Of a stretch of 64,000 bases of DNA, positions 1-10,863 are shown in pieces. This DNA is from an uncultured Gammaproteobacteria bacterium. GTDB taxonomy: Bacteria > Pseudomonadota > Gammaproteobacteria > CAWCPV01. Position numbers and translations under genes: made by a program. The first letter of the stretch is position 1, and each line of letters starts with the position of its first letter. The notes under the pieces are model-generated. The model saw only the letters and a program-made list of their open reading frames with translations, was not told where the DNA came from and searched no databases. The stretch spans positions 736,001 to 800,000 of the forward strand of contig CAWCPV010000003.1 in NCBI GenBank assembly GCA_963797555.1, in the 5' to 3' direction.

Positions 1-2
1 TC

Positions 3-332
3 GTGGTGGGGGCCGATGACGCGTCCATGGCCATCGCCCTGAACCATCTGCGCGACGTGGATGGGGGCATCGTCGTGGCCGGGGCGCAAGCCGTGCTGGA
101 GACCCTGCCGCTGCCCGTGGCCGGACTCATGTGCGACCGCGACCCGGCAGAGGTCGCCGAGGCGCTGCGGCGGCTGAAGGCGAGCGCCTACAGCCTGGGG
201 TGCTCCCTGGAGGAGCCGTTCCTTCAGCTCTCGTTTCTGGCGCTGCCGGTCATCCCGTCCCTCAAGATCACCGACCGCGGGCTGGTGGACGTGGTCGCGT
301 TCCGCGCGGTCTCCCCCCTGCTGGCAGCCTGA
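3..332 (+). CDS. ade: Adenine deaminase, C-terminal part (gene starts before the window)
   Basis: GGIVV...LPLPVAGLM...[26 protein letters not shown] is the characteristic adenine deaminase C-terminal domain. Confidence 0.9.
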   Translation: MVGADDASMAIALNHLRDVDGGIVVAGAQAVLETLPLPVAGLMCDRDPAEVAEALRRLKASAYSLGCSLEEPFLQLSFLALPVIPSLKITDRGLVDVVAFRAVSPLLAA

Positions 333-385
333 TCTCGTCGGGCCGCGGGCGAACGGCCTGCGAGACGGAAGGTCCGTTCGCGCCC
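138..385 (+). repeat. Copy 1 of a ~248-bp direct repeat (ade 3' end plus downstream); copy 2 at 1188-1435
   Basis: Near-identical sequence at offset 1050 (cgcgacccggcagaggtcgccgag...ggtccgttcgcgccc). Confidence 0.95.
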
Positions 386-544
386 ACGGGCAGCTCGCTG
401 CCTCCCCCGACCACATACAGGCTCGCCTCCATCTTTGTCCCCGCGCTCGCTGAATCGCGGAGCGCGCCAGTGGCCCGCCCAACCGCGCACCGGTTCGTCC
501 CTGACGTTATGCTAGACTCTGAATCGCACAGGAGAAATCCAACG

Positions 545-1114
545 ATGGCCACTACCGCTGAATCCCTGCTTCAGCGCCACCGTATTACGGTCGGGGATTA
601 TCACAGAATGGGCGAAGTCGGCATCCTCGCCCCCGACGCCAGGGTGGAGCTGATCGACGGGGAGATCATCGACATGCCTCCTACCGGGAGCCTACACGCG
701 GGGAAAGTCAAGATCCTGCTGAACCGTCTCACACCCGCCGTGGCGGGGCGCGCCATCGTCGCGGTTCAGGATCCCCTGATTCTCGGGTCGGACACCGAAC
801 CCCAGCCGGACCTGATGCTGCTCCAGCCGCGGCCTGACTTCTATCAGGCCAGCCACCCGCACGCCGCCGACGTGCTGCTCGTCATCGAGGTAGCCGAGTC
901 CTCGCTCGCCTATGACCGGGACGTCAAACTGCCCCGGTATGCGCGCCAAGGGATCCCTGAGGCATGGTTGATCGACGTGGAGCAGAACGAGATCACCGTG
1001 CACCGCCAACCGGCGCCAGATGGCTATCGGGAAGTGACTCGCCTCGAACCGCCCTATCGCATCGCGCCGGTGACGATCCCCGACATCGAGCTGAATCTCG
1101 GCGAAGTGGTGTAA
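545..1114 (+). CDS. Uma2/DUF820 family putative endonuclease
   Basis: [17 protein letters not shown]...[13 protein letters not shown]...PQPDL...[34 protein letters not shown]; start at ATG 545 after GGAGA. Confidence 0.92.
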   Translation: MATTAESLLQRHRITVGDYHRMGEVGILAPDARVELIDGEIIDMPPTGSLHAGKVKILLNRLTPAVAGRAIVAVQDPLILGSDTEPQPDLMLLQPRPDFYQASHPHAADVLLVIEVAESSLAYDRDVKLPRYARQGIPEAWLIDVEQNEITVHRQPAPDGYREVTRLEPPYRIAPVTIPDIELNLGEVV

Positions 1115-1187
1115 AAGCGGTGGGGTACGAGCGGAGGCTTCAGCGGGCGGGAGACACCCGCATCCTGTAATCCGCGACAATGGAGTG

Positions 1188-1435
1188 CGCGACCCGGCAG
1201 AGGTCGCCGAGGCGCTGCGGCGGCTGAAGGCGCGCGCCTACAGCCTGGGGTGCTCGCTGGAGGAGCCGTTCCTTCAGCTCTCGTTTCTGGCGCTGCCGGT
1301 CATCCCGTCCCTCAAGATCACCGACCGCGGGCTGGTGGACGTGGTCGCGTTCCGTGCGGTCTCCCCCCTGCTGGCAGCCTGATCCAGTCGGGCACCGGGC
1401 GAACGGCCTGCGAGATGGAAGGTCCGTTCGCGCCC
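1188..1435 (+). repeat. Copy 2 of the ade 3'-end repeat (non-functional ade fragment 1188-1382; carries the stop of the antisense Hsp70 gene)
   Basis: Translates to the same C-terminal ade peptide but has no upstream ade sequence. Confidence 0.9.
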
Positions 1436-2932
1436 GCTCCCCCGATCCGCGATGGTCACCGTCAAGATGCCGTTCGCGTCGCATTGGTAGCGTTCCTGTA
1501 CGAGGTGAGGCGCCACCTGCCCGCGGCGCTGCACCGCAACACGGGACAGGTTGTCCTCCTCCCAGAGACCGCCATCGAAGGGGAAGTAAATCTCGTCCCA
1601 AGGCGTGATGTCCCCCGCCGGCCGGCCGTCTTCGACCCGACCGCATTCCAGATAGCGAAAGTGCCCGAGATTATGCGCTGGGCGGTAGGCACGGGTGTGC
1701 ACCAAGGGACGGCCGTCGGCCGGCGGCAGCGGCGTCCCCTTGGGGAAGATGGGGTCGAAGACGATCGTGCGCCCCGCGTCGGCCTCGCGCCACACGCCGA
1801 AATGGCGGGTGAAGCGTTCCCTTATGGTGGAAGGGACATCGGCATCTGCTGCGATGGCCAGGCCCACGGCCGTGGCCGCATGCGGATACGCCGACCGGCG
1901 GACCTTGCGCCCATGCCACTCCCGAAGCATGCGGCCGACCAGGGGCAGCTCGCTGCCTCCCCCGACCACATACAGGCTCGCCACCTGCTCGCCGTTTATG
2001 CCCGCGGCCTCCGCCTGGGCCAGGGCCGACTCGACCGCGTCCAGACTGCGCTGCACCAACGGAGCGCAGCGCGCATAGAATTCCGCGGCACCGACCACGA
2101 CCTGCCCTCTATCGGGAAACGCGACGCTCAGGTCGACGACGATCCTGCGCGTGTTCGGATGCAGCGCCTCTTTCTTCTGCCGGCACTCCTCCAGGAGCCG
2201 GAAGCGGGCTGCCTGGGACAGATGGGGCTCACCGCCCGCCGCCTCCACCGCCATCTCCAAGAGCGCTGCATCGAAGTCGTCGCCGCCGAGCCGGGCGATC
2301 CCCTGGTCCGCGAGGACCTCGTACCGATGGCCGCCCATGCCGATCAGCGAAACATCGAAGGTGCCGCCGCCCAAGTCATAGACCAGCAGATATTCCTGGC
2401 GGCCCTTCGCGCTCTTCGATCGGTAGCGGTGGGCGTATTCGATGCCGGCCGCAGTGGGCTCGTTGACGAGGGCGAGCACCGTGAAGCCGGCGCGGCGGAA
2501 TGCTTCCAGGGTCAGGAAGCGCTGGTTGTTATTGGCGTTCGCGGGGACGGCTACGAAGGCCTCCAGAGCCTCGCTCCCTTCCAGGTCCAGGTTGGAGCGC
2601 TCCTGAAGGTCACGCCGCAACTGTCCCAGGTAGGCCGCCAGAAGCTGCAATGCGGGCATCGCCGCCTCCCCGACCTGCACCGCCGTGTCGACCGCGCTCG
2701 TCGGCAGCAGTCGTTTCATGGACCGCAGCGGTACCCAGTGGGGGTCGTCGGTGCGCTCCAGGGCATCCAACCCGAATGCCCACTGGCGGCCGCGCGTTGC
2801 CACCAAAGACGGGTACCAGTCCAAAGTGTCTCCGCTGCGGCAGTGGAAGTTGACCACGGGGTAATTGCCCCGATCGACTGCAGCCACAACCGTGCGCGTG
2901 GTACCGAAATCAATCCCCAGCCGCATATTCAC
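1274..2932 (-). CDS. Hsp70-family (DnaK-like ATPase domain) protein
   Basis: [38 protein letters not shown] and VVGGGS motifs; non-canonical C-terminus. Confidence 0.9.
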   Translation of the reverse strand: MNMRLGIDFGTTRTVVAAVDRGNYPVVNFHCRSGDTLDWYPSLVATRGRQWAFGLDALERTDDPHWVPLRSMKRLLPTSAVDTAVQVGEAAMPALQLLAAYLGQLRRDLQERSNLDLEGSEALEAFVAVPANANNNQRFLTLEAFRRAGFTVLALVNEPTAAGIEYAHRYRSKSAKGRQEYLLVYDLGGGTFDVSLIGMGGHRYEVLADQGIARLGGDDFDAALLEMAVEAAGGEPHLSQAARFRLLEECRQKKEALHPNTRRIVVDLSVAFPDRGQVVVGAAEFYARCAPLVQRSLDAVESALAQAEAAGINGEQVASLYVVGGGSELPLVGRMLREWHGRKVRRSAYPHAATAVGLAIAADADVPSTIRERFTRHFGVWREADAGRTIVFDPIFPKGTPLPPADGRPLVHTRAYRPAHNLGHFRYLECGRVEDGRPAGDITPWDEIYFPFDGGLWEEDNLSRVAVQRRGQVAPHLVQERYQCDANGILTVTIADRGSGRERTFHLAGRSPGARLDQAASRGETARNATTSTSPRSVILRDGMTGSARNES

Positions 2933-3147
2933 CTCGGTTTACCGCAAATGGCCCGTGCCGGGCGGATCCGACTATCATCATGCACTGGTGCCCATGCTAA
3001 CGTATTCGCCCGCGCCGTTGCACCGCGGGAGAACCCTAGCCCGCCCCAGTCGTGCGCGGCAGACGGCAGAATAGCGCAGCCGGGCTGGCCGGGCGTGGTC
3101 GCAGCGTGACGGGCTCCGGCGACTCTTTGGACACGACGAGTCGGGTC

Positions 3148-3371
3148 TGACGCTGGGGAGAAATTATCGTCGCGCGCGGCCCGAGAACAAGGCGCACGGA
3201 GGCCAGCGGCGAGACCTATCCGGATTGAGAGCCGAGGAGCGACCGGATGGCAGGACTGCCGTTCGGCACGTCCGCAGGACGCCCCGGAAGGGGGGGCGTA
3301 CAGGGAGGTCCGCCATGACCACCGCGCAGCGCCGCTATCGGGACGCGCAGCAGATTCATTGACAGGCTCTC
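3148..3371 (+). repeat. Modular MITE-like intergenic repeat, copy A (one internal module)
   Basis: Shares gagcgaccg-atggcagga...ggcacgtccgc-ggacgcccc-gaagggg..gcgtacagggagg..cgccatgacc and the terminal cagatt...acaggctctc with copies B-G. Confidence 0.8.
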
Positions 3372-4189
3372 GGGACCCCTCCCGGGCCTTCACACGCCAC
3401 GAGGCGCCTTTGCAGACCTCCGAAGGACTCACGCAGCGCGTGAGCTTCCCCGGACACCGGGGCAACCTGCTCGCGGCGCGCATGGAGCGGCCGGCCGGAG
3501 CACCGCTCGCTCACGCGCTCTTCGCGCACTGCTTTGCCTGCTCCAAGGACAGCCTGGCGGCGGTCCGCATCTCCAGGGCGCTGGCCGCTCGCGGCGTGGC
3601 GGTCTTGAGATTCGACTTCACCGGGCTCGGCGGCAGTGAGGGAGACTTCGCCAACACCAACTTCTCCTCCAATGTGGAGGACCTCTTGCAGGCCACCGCC
3701 TTTCTGCGCGAGCTGTCCGAGGCGCCAAAGCTCCTCATCGGGCACAGCTTCGGAGGCTCCGCCGTGCTGGCCGCCGCCGGAGAAATCCCCGAGGCCCAGG
3801 CGGTCGCCACCATCGGAGCGCCCTGCAGTCCGGCGCACCTCCGTCACCTGTTGACCGCGATCGAGCCGCAGATCGATGGGCAAGACGAAGTGGAGGTACG
3901 CCTGGCAGGGCGTGCGTTCCGCATCCGGCAGCAGTTGCTCGAAGACATCGACGAGCAGAGGCTGCTCCCGAGGATCCATGACCTGGGCAAGACGCTGATG
4001 GTCTTCCACGCGCCCCAGGACGAGATCGTCGACATCGAACGCGCGTTGCGCCTGTTTGAAGCCGCTCGCCACCCGAAGAGCTTCGTCTCGCTCGAGGGAG
4101 CGGACCATTTGCTATCGAGGGAGCAGGACGCCGTCTTCGTGGCCGAAGTGTTGGCTGCCTGGGCCAAGCGGCATCTTCTGGAGCACTAA
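3359..4189 (+). CDS. Alpha/beta hydrolase (N-terminal-domain type of OsmC-fused hydrolases); true start probably ~3409
   Basis: ALFAHCFACSKD, LRFDFTGLGGSEGDF, GHSFGG nucleophile elbow, HPKSFVSLEGADHLL. Confidence 0.9.
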   Translation: MTGSRDPSRAFTRHEAPLQTSEGLTQRVSFPGHRGNLLAARMERPAGAPLAHALFAHCFACSKDSLAAVRISRALAARGVAVLRFDFTGLGGSEGDFANTNFSSNVEDLLQATAFLRELSEAPKLLIGHSFGGSAVLAAAGEIPEAQAVATIGAPCSPAHLRHLLTAIEPQIDGQDEVEVRLAGRAFRIRQQLLEDIDEQRLLPRIHDLGKTLMVFHAPQDEIVDIERALRLFEAARHPKSFVSLEGADHLLSREQDAVFVAEVLAAWAKRHLLEH

Positions 4190-4255
4190 CCGCCCCTCGC
4201 TGCGCAATCGGCAGCGCGTTGGGCGGGCACTAAAAGGCTTTCCGCGGGGCCGACG

Positions 4256-4477
4256 TCAGCCCTCGTCGATCATGTTGTCGGTGGGGTTGTCCAAGTTCAC
4301 ATGGTGGTCGATCGGGTGCTCGACCTCGATGTCTAGATACTGCTGTTTGGTGCCTTCGGACTCGAAATAGATCACCAAGTCGTCGGCCGTACCCTCGCCC
4401 TCGACGACGTAGGGCTTTCCGGGAAGATCTTCGATATCCCGGCGGCTGATCGGATCCGTCGTCTCGATTCTGTGCAT
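4256..4477 (-). CDS. Small acidic hypothetical protein (73 aa)
   Basis: GGAGG RBS before the ATG; protein-like composition (TTDPISRRDI...PYVVEG...LVIYFESE). Confidence 0.7.
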   Translation of the reverse strand: MHRIETTDPISRRDIEDLPGKPYVVEGEGTADDLVIYFESEGTKQQYLDIEVEHPIDHHVNLDNPTDNMIDEG

Positions 4478-4673
4478 GGCGTGAACCTCCTCCGTGGAGC
4501 CTGACGGTGTATGGTCATTCAACTCCACCGGTCTATTGTATAGATTATCCGACTCCCTCCGTCAACAATTGGTTTTTCTTGGCCAGCCTCGGCGCATCTG
4601 CGCCTATCGCTCCTCGTCCGCCGGGACGGTCTTGCCATTCGCGTGCGGCGCCGCCTGCTCGCTCACAGCTCGC

Positions 4674-7600
4674 CTATCTACTCGATATACCCGTGTCTTG
4701 CTCCGGGGCGCCGCGCTGACCTTGATCGAGACGTTCCTCGGCAACCTCTGGGTCCTGTCGGGCCGTGGGAATGGCGCCTTCGGATGCCTGGTCGGCGGAC
4801 TCGGTGTGGGGCATGTCCTGCAACTGTTGTGGGGCCGAGCGCGCGCCGACCTGCACCAAGTTGCGCAGCTCGCCGATCGCCACCGCGAACATCGGCAGCT
4901 CTGTCGTTCCGGCCGCCTTGATCTCGCTGATGACCTGCAGCACACGCTCCACCGCGTGGCGGTGGGTCTCGGCCCAAGCGGCGACGGCGTCACGCGGCGA
5001 GCCGAACGAACCGGCGTGGCGCAGCACGGCCGCGGTCAATGCCCGCCGCTGCAGGTAGAGCTGGTCCTCCAGGGCCGACCGCCCCCTGCCCTGCCATCGG
5101 TTGATGGCCGGCGCCCCGCTCAACTGGTCGCTCAGCCAGGAGAGATTCAAGAGGGCCCCCACGCCGGTATAGACAGCCGCAACGTCCTCCGCCGGGAGGC
5201 CACGTTCGTGAGCCACCTCGATGACGTTGAGGGCCGAGAACAGGTACTCCAGACACGCGACCCGAGTGGCCAGAGGCTCGGGAACCCCCGATTCCACCAG
5301 CGGGCGGACCTCTTGCCGCAGACGCTCCGCGTCGGCCGGATACAGCGACCCGCCTCGTGCGGCGGTGAGGCGAGCGACCCCGGGGGAATAGCGCGCGATG
5401 GCCTCCGCGATGTCCGCAAGCCCGCGGCCGTGGTGCAACAGCCACAGCGCAGCACGCTCCGCCAGCGCGGTGGTGCGGCGCATCATGTCGAGCTGCCGGC
5501 GGGCGGGAACTACGTTATCGAGTGCCGCGATCTCCTGCCACAGTTCGCCCAGACCGAACACCTCTCTGGCCACCGTGTAAGCCCGAACGGTGTCGCGTAT
5601 CGTGGCGCCATGGTCCTCCTGCACGCGGAAAGCGAAGGTGGGACCGAGATGGTCGACCATGCAATTGGTCAGGTAGGCCGTGATGATCTCGCGCCGCAGC
5701 GGGTGCCGATTCATCTCCCGCGCGAACCGCTGCCGAAGCGGAGTCGGGAAGTAGCGCTTGAGGTCCTCACCCAGGTAAGCACCCTCCGGAAGGTCCGAGT
5801 CCACCAGAGCCTGCTGGATCGAATCCTTGGCGTGAGCCAGCAGCAGCGCGATCTCCGGCCGCGTGAGGCCGCGGCCGGCGGCCTGGCGTTCGCTCAGGTC
5901 CTCGTCGCTCGGGAGACCGTCCAGAGCCCGGTTCAGGACGCCGGCGCGATCCAGGGCGCGGATGAAGCGGCCGTGCTCCTCCAGCCGGGCGGCGGCCTCG
6001 GACTCCACCACGCTGATGGCTCCGGTCTGCCAGTAGCTCTCCCGCAGGACCAGCCCGGTCACTTCGTCTTTCATTTGCGCGAGAAGCTGGTTGCGCTGCT
6101 TGACCGTCATGTCCCCGTTGGCCACGACCTGATCGAGCAGGATCTTGATGTTGACCTCGTAGTCCGAACAGTGCACGCCGCCGACGTTGTCGATGAAGTC
6201 GGTGTTGATGCGTCCGCCGGCCGCCGCGTACTCGATCCGCCCCGCCTGAGTGAAGCCCAGATTGCCCCCTTCGGCGACCACCCGGCAGCGCAGCTCCTCC
6301 CCGTTGACACGCACCGGGTCGTCGGCCCGGTCCCCCGCTTCGCTGTGGCTTTGGCTGCGGCTCTTCACGAAGGTGCCGATGCCCCCATTCCAGAGCAGAT
6401 CGACGGGCGCCCGGAGAATGGCTCGGATCAGCTCGTTCGGAGTCAGCGCCTCGACCGCGTTGTCCAGTGCCCGGCGGACCTCGGGGGACAGTCGGATCAG
6501 CTTGGCACCCCGCGGGAATACGCCGCCTCCGGGGGAGATCAGGGCAGCATCGTAGTCCGCCCAGGTTGATCTGGGCAGCTTGAATAGACGGCGGCGCTCC
6601 TCATAGCCGGTCCCGGGATTCGGACTCGGATCGAGAAAGATGTGCCGGTGGTCGAAGGCGGCGACGAGCTTGATGCGGCGCGACAGGAGCATTCCGTTGC
6701 CGAACACGTCGCCGGACATATCGCCGATGCCGGCCACGGTGAAGTCGCCACCTTCGATGTCCCGACCGATCTCGCGGAAGTGGCGTTTGACGGCCTCCCA
6801 GGCGCCCCGCGCGGTGATCCCCATGCGCTTGTGGTCGTACCCGGTGGCGCCGCCGGAGGCAAATGCGTCGCGCAGCCAGAAACGGTACTCGCGGGCCAGG
6901 TCGTTGGCGATGTCGGAGAATGCCGCGGTTCCCTTGTCCGCCGCCACGACCAGATACGGGTCATCGCCGTCGTAACGCACCACGCCCTTCGGCGGTCGGC
7001 TCTTTGCGCCCACCACGTTGTCCGTGAGGTCCAGGAGGCCGCGGATGAAGGTGCGGTAACAGGCGACCACCTCGGCGTCCAGGGCATCCCTGTCGCTTCC
7101 GGGCGGCTGCTTGACCACGAAACCGCCCTTCGCTCCGGTGGGCACGATCACCGCGTTCTTGACCATTTGGGCCTTCATCAGGGCCAGAACCTCGGTACGG
7201 TAGTCCTCGCGCCGGTCCGACCAGCGGATGCCGCCCCTGGCCACTCTGCCCCCGCGCAAGTGGACCCCTTCCACGCGGGGCGAATACACGAAGATCTCGA
7301 ATCTCGGCCGCGGGGGCGGGAGATCCGGGACCAGGGACGGGTCCAGCTTGAAGGCCAGATACGGCTTGGGCTCGCCATCGGGCGTCGGCTGATAGTAGTT
7401 GGTCCGCAATCCGGCCTGAATCAGGGCCAGAAACCCGCGCAGGATGCGGTCTTCATCCGGGCTCGCTACGGCATCGAGGGACTCCTGCAGCCGGGCGACC
7501 AGACGCGCCCTGCGCGCTGCCGGCCGCTTCTGCTCCCTCGGGTCGAACCGGGCATGGAACAGGGTCACGAGCAGCCGCGCCACCCGAGGGTTGTCGGCCA

Positions 7601-9662
7601 GGACCTGCTCCATGTAGGGCTGACTGAAGGTCGTGCCGGCCTGGCGCAAGTATTTGCAGCACGCCCGCAGGACCACAATCTCGCGCCACGTGAGCCCGGC
7701 GCGCAGCACCAGGCGGTTGAAGCCGTCGTTCTCCGCATCGCCGCGCCACACACGCGCGAAGGCATCCTGGAAAACGCCTCGCAGGTCCTCGGTCTCGAGC
7801 TGCCCCGCGTCCTCATAGGCCAGGCCGAAGTCGTGCAGCCACGCCGGCAGCCGGCCTTGGGGCCGGATTGCGTAAGGGCGCTCTTCCATCACCCGCACGC
7901 CCATGTTCTCGATCATCGGCAGGGCCACCGAGAGGGGAACGGGCTGACCGCCGGCGAATACCTTGAAGCGCAGCAGCCCCTCGGGCGCATCCGCAGGACG
8001 ATAAAGGCTCATCTCCAACTCGCCGATGGCCTCGAGGCGCTCGAGCCGCTCCAGGTCGTGCAGTGCCGCGTGGGCGGGGAAGTCTTCCCGATAACCGACC
8101 GGAAACGCGTCCTGGTAACGGGCTAGCAACGCGTTACCGCGCTCCTCGCCGAAGTGCCCCAGCACCAGATCATGCAGGTCGTCGTGCCAACGGCGTGTAG
8201 CTTTCAGCAGGCGCGCTTCGAGGTCCTTGATGTCGTATTGCGGCACCGTCCCAAGCGTGCTGTGGATGGTGAAGTACACCCGCGCCAGCACCGATTCCGA
8301 GAGCTGGACGGTGAACTCCGAGCTGTTCCCGCTCAGCGCCTGCATGAGCACCCGCTCCATGCGGCGGCGGGCGTCCGTGTCGTAATGGTCCCTGGGGACA
8401 TAGACGATGCAGGAGTAGAACCGGCCGTAGGTCTCGCGCCGCACGAACAGCCTGATGCGCTGGCGCTCCCCGAGGTGCAGGATGCCCATCGCGTTGTCGT
8501 AAAGCTCCTGCTCCGCGATCTGGAACAAGTCGTCCCGAGGATAGGTCTCCAGGATGTGCAGCAAATGGCGGCCATCGTAGCCGCTGGGAGACAAGCCCGC
8601 CCGGGCCATCACCGCGCCGACCTTGCGGCGCACCAGCGGGACGGTCCACGGGTCGCTGTGGTAGGCCGAAGCGGTGTAGAGGCCGAGGAAGCGGTGCTCC
8701 CCGACCAGGCGGCCTCGGTCATCGAAACGCTTGACCCCCAGGTAGTCCATGTATACGGGGCGGTGCACGGTCGCCGGATAGTTGGCCTTGGTCAGGATGA
8801 GCAGGGGGAAGTCGTGGAACCGCTTGCGCATCTCCACGGGCAAGGCCGCGAAAATCTGCGACCGGGGACTCTTGCCCCCTCGACGCGAAATCCCCAGCTC
8901 GGAGCCCGCCACCGCGATCAGCGCGTCCTCGCCGTCCTCCTCCACCAGCGCGAACTCCCGGTAGCCGAGGAAAGTGAAGTGGTCGTCCGCGATCCAGCGC
9001 AGGAATGCCTTGGCTTCCTCCAGCTCTTCGGGGTCGCTCGGCGGAGGATGGCGCTCCAGCTCCGACACGATCTCGGCGGCCTTGGCCCGCATCGGATGCC
9101 AGTCGGAGACGGCGGCCCGCACGTCATCCAGGACGCGCCCCAACTCCCCTTCGAGGGCGTCGAGGATGTGGTCCGGCTGGCGGTCGACCTCGAGGTGCAT
9201 GACGGACTCCTGGAGCGCGCCCGCGCCCTTCGCTGGGTAAGCCGTCAGGCGGCCCTTGCGGTCCCGGCACAGGGTCAGCACCGGGTGAATCGTCAGGTGG
9301 ACGGTCAGACCGCGGCGGTTGAGCGCCATGCGGACCGATTCCAGCAGGAAGCGCATGTCGTCCGTCACGATTTCCGCAACGGTGTGGGTGGACTCCCAGC
9401 CGTGGGGCTCGAACTTGGGGTTGTAGACGTGGACCTTCGCCGTACCCGGCTCCCGCACGCGCAGGAAGTTCCACATGAACAGGGCCGCCCCATAGAGGTT
9501 CAAGGGATCTCGCCCGACCAGGTCCTCCGGATCCAGCATGCCGTAATAGGTCCGGACGAAATCCTCCACCGAGGAAACTTGATCCGCCGGGAGTCTGGAT
9601 CGGAGCTGGGCCACGACCCGTTGGATGGTGTCCGCCTTGCGGTCTTCGGGTGTGAGCGTCAT
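4674..9662 (-). CDS. gdhB: Large NAD-specific glutamate dehydrogenase
   Basis: 1662 aa; VEGVHLRGGRVARGGIRWSDRREDYRTEVL, VKNAVIVPTGAKGGF, YLVVAADKGTA, GIGDMSGDVFGNGML. Confidence 0.97.
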   Translation of the reverse strand: MTLTPEDRKADTIQRVVAQLRSRLPADQVSSVEDFVRTYYGMLDPEDLVGRDPLNLYGAALFMWNFLRVREPGTAKVHVYNPKFEPHGWESTHTVAEIVTDDMRFLLESVRMALNRRGLTVHLTIHPVLTLCRDRKGRLTAYPAKGAGALQESVMHLEVDRQPDHILDALEGELGRVLDDVRAAVSDWHPMRAKAAEIVSELERHPPPSDPEELEEAKAFLRWIADDHFTFLGYREFALVEEDGEDALIAVAGSELGISRRGGKSPRSQIFAALPVEMRKRFHDFPLLILTKANYPATVHRPVYMDYLGVKRFDDRGRLVGEHRFLGLYTASAYHSDPWTVPLVRRKVGAVMARAGLSPSGYDGRHLLHILETYPRDDLFQIAEQELYDNAMGILHLGERQRIRLFVRRETYGRFYSCIVYVPRDHYDTDARRRMERVLMQALSGNSSEFTVQLSESVLARVYFTIHSTLGTVPQYDIKDLEARLLKATRRWHDDLHDLVLGHFGEERGNALLARYQDAFPVGYREDFPAHAALHDLERLERLEAIGELEMSLYRPADAPEGLLRFKVFAGGQPVPLSVALPMIENMGVRVMEERPYAIRPQGRLPAWLHDFGLAYEDAGQLETEDLRGVFQDAFARVWRGDAENDGFNRLVLRAGLTWREIVVLRACCKYLRQAGTTFSQPYMEQVLADNPRVARLLVTLFHARFDPREQKRPAARRARLVARLQESLDAVASPDEDRILRGFLALIQAGLRTNYYQPTPDGEPKPYLAFKLDPSLVPDLPPPRPRFEIFVYSPRVEGVHLRGGRVARGGIRWSDRREDYRTEVLALMKAQMVKNAVIVPTGAKGGFVVKQPPGSDRDALDAEVVACYRTFIRGLLDLTDNVVGAKSRPPKGVVRYDGDDPYLVVAADKGTAAFSDIANDLAREYRFWLRDAFASGGATGYDHKRMGITARGAWEAVKRHFREIGRDIEGGDFTVAGIGDMSGDVFGNGMLLSRRIKLVAAFDHRHIFLDPSPNPGTGYEERRRLFKLPRSTWADYDAALISPGGGVFPRGAKLIRLSPEVRRALDNAVEALTPNELIRAILRAPVDLLWNGGIGTFVKSRSQSHSEAGDRADDPVRVNGEELRCRVVAEGGNLGFTQAGRIEYAAAGGRINTDFIDNVGGVHCSDYEVNIKILLDQVVANGDMTVKQRNQLLAQMKDEVTGLVLRESYWQTGAISVVESEAAARLEEHGRFIRALDRAGVLNRALDGLPSDEDLSERQAAGRGLTRPEIALLLAHAKDSIQQALVDSDLPEGAYLGEDLKRYFPTPLRQRFAREMNRHPLRREIITAYLTNCMVDHLGPTFAFRVQEDHGATIRDTVRAYTVAREVFGLGELWQEIAALDNVVPARRQLDMMRRTTALAERAALWLLHHGRGLADIAEAIARYSPGVARLTAARGGSLYPADAERLRQEVRPLVESGVPEPLATRVACLEYLFSALNVIEVAHERGLPAEDVAAVYTGVGALLNLSWLSDQLSGAPAINRWQGRGRSALEDQLYLQRRALTAAVLRHAGSFGSPRDAVAAWAETHRHAVERVLQVISEIKAAGTTELPMFAVAIGELRNLVQVGARSAPQQLQDMPHTESADQASEGAIPTARQDPEVAEERLDQGQRGAPEQDTGISSR

Positions 9663-9769
9663 GAGAGCAAAACGTCAGTCCAGAGCACTCCGGGGCCTGC
9701 GCATCGCGCTTGGCGTGTCGCGACGCAGCCTGCATACAGCCTAGCACGGGTCGCCGGCGCGCCAGGCAG

Positions 9770-9969
9770 AACAGCCTCTGCGAGGACGCGACCTATCGAG
9801 TAGATCAGGTAAGAGCGACCAATTGGCAGGATAGCCATTCGGCACGCCCACGGGGCGCTCCGAAGGGGTGGCGTACAGGGAGGTACGCCATGACCGAGTG
9901 GCAGGATAGCCATTCGGCACTTCCACGGCCGCCCCAACCTCGCGCCGCAGTTCATTCACAAGCTTTCAG
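9770..9969 (+). repeat. Modular MITE-like repeat, copy B (partly duplicated internal module)
   Basis: tggcaggatagccattcggcac occurs twice; ends ttcattcacaagctttcag. Confidence 0.8.
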
Positions 9970-9990
9970 CAGCCGAGTAGCATCGCACCC

Positions 9991-10863
9991 ATGCACTGGC
10001 TCCCTCTCACGCTGCTGTGCGCCTTCAGCCTGGCCTCGGCGGACGCCGCCACCAAGAAGTACCTCTCCAGCTATACCGTGCGCGAACTGGTGATGGTCCG
10101 ATTCGCCTTTCCGGCCATGCTGCTGGCGCCGCTGCTCCTGATCTACCCGTTGCCGCCGGTCCCGGCGGCCTTCTGGGGCTGGGTGGGAGCGCTCGTGCCG
10201 CTCGAGGTCCTGGCCATGCTCCTGTACATGCGCGCCATCCGTGACAGCCCCCTGTACCTCACCCTTCCGTATCTGGCGTTTACGCCGGTGGTCACCACCG
10301 TGATGGGGTTGCTCCTGCTCGGCGAGCAGCCCTCCCCCAAGGGTTTGAGCGGCATCCTCCTGGTGGTCGCGGGAGCCTATCTGCTCAACTCGGAGCCCGC
10401 CGAGAGCGTGAAGCGCCCTGCATGGCGCGCGCCTTTACAGGCTGCCTGGCGCGATACCGGCTCCCGCCTCATGCTGGCGGTCGCGGCCATCTACGGCCTC
10501 ACGTCAGTGATGGGCAAGGCCGCCCTGCGTTACGTCCCGCCCCGGACCTTCGGGCCCTTCTACTTCGTCCTGTTGGGCGCGCTCACCGTCACCGCGCTGG
10601 CCGCTCACCGCCCGTCTTCCCTCCGCGTGCTGTGGCGCCGACCACGGGCCCACCTGCTCATCGGCGCGTGCATGGCCATCATGGTCATCACCCACTTCAC
10701 GGCCATCGAGCGCGTCGAGGCCGCGTACATGATCGCGGTCAAGCGCGTCAGTGTGCTGTTCGGGATCCTTTACGGGGCCTTGCTGTTCAAGGAGCGGCGT
10801 TTGGGCCGCAACCTGCTGGCCGGGGCACTGATGGTCGCGGGCGTGGCGCTCACAGCGCTGTAA
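9991..10863 (+). CDS. EamA/DMT family membrane transporter
   Basis: About 10 hydrophobic segments with two-repeat DMT architecture (LLLGEQPS...GILLVVAG; YMIAVKRVSVLFGIL). Confidence 0.88.
   Translation: MHWLPLTLLCAFSLASADAATKKYLSSYTVRELVMVRFAFPAMLLAPLLLIYPLPPVPAAFWGWVGALVPLEVLAMLLYMRAIRDSPLYLTLPYLAFTPVVTTVMGLLLLGEQPSPKGLSGILLVVAGAYLLNSEPAESVKRPAWRAPLQAAWRDTGSRLMLAVAAIYGLTSVMGKAALRYVPPRTFGPFYFVLLGALTVTALAAHRPSSLRVLWRRPRAHLLIGACMAIMVITHFTAIERVEAAYMIAVKRVSVLFGILYGALLFKERRLGRNLLAGALMVAGVALTAL

Noticed and set aside
1274-2932. Canonical dnaK
   Set aside because: Lacks the standard substrate-binding domain and the dnaJ/grpE context; kept as Hsp70-family only.
4494-9803. Long + strand ORFs (691, 494 and 549 aa) opposite gdhB, and similar antisense ORFs opposite the helicase, res and oxidoreductase genes
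   Set aside because: Typical shadow ORFs of high-GC coding sequence, with no recognisable motifs.
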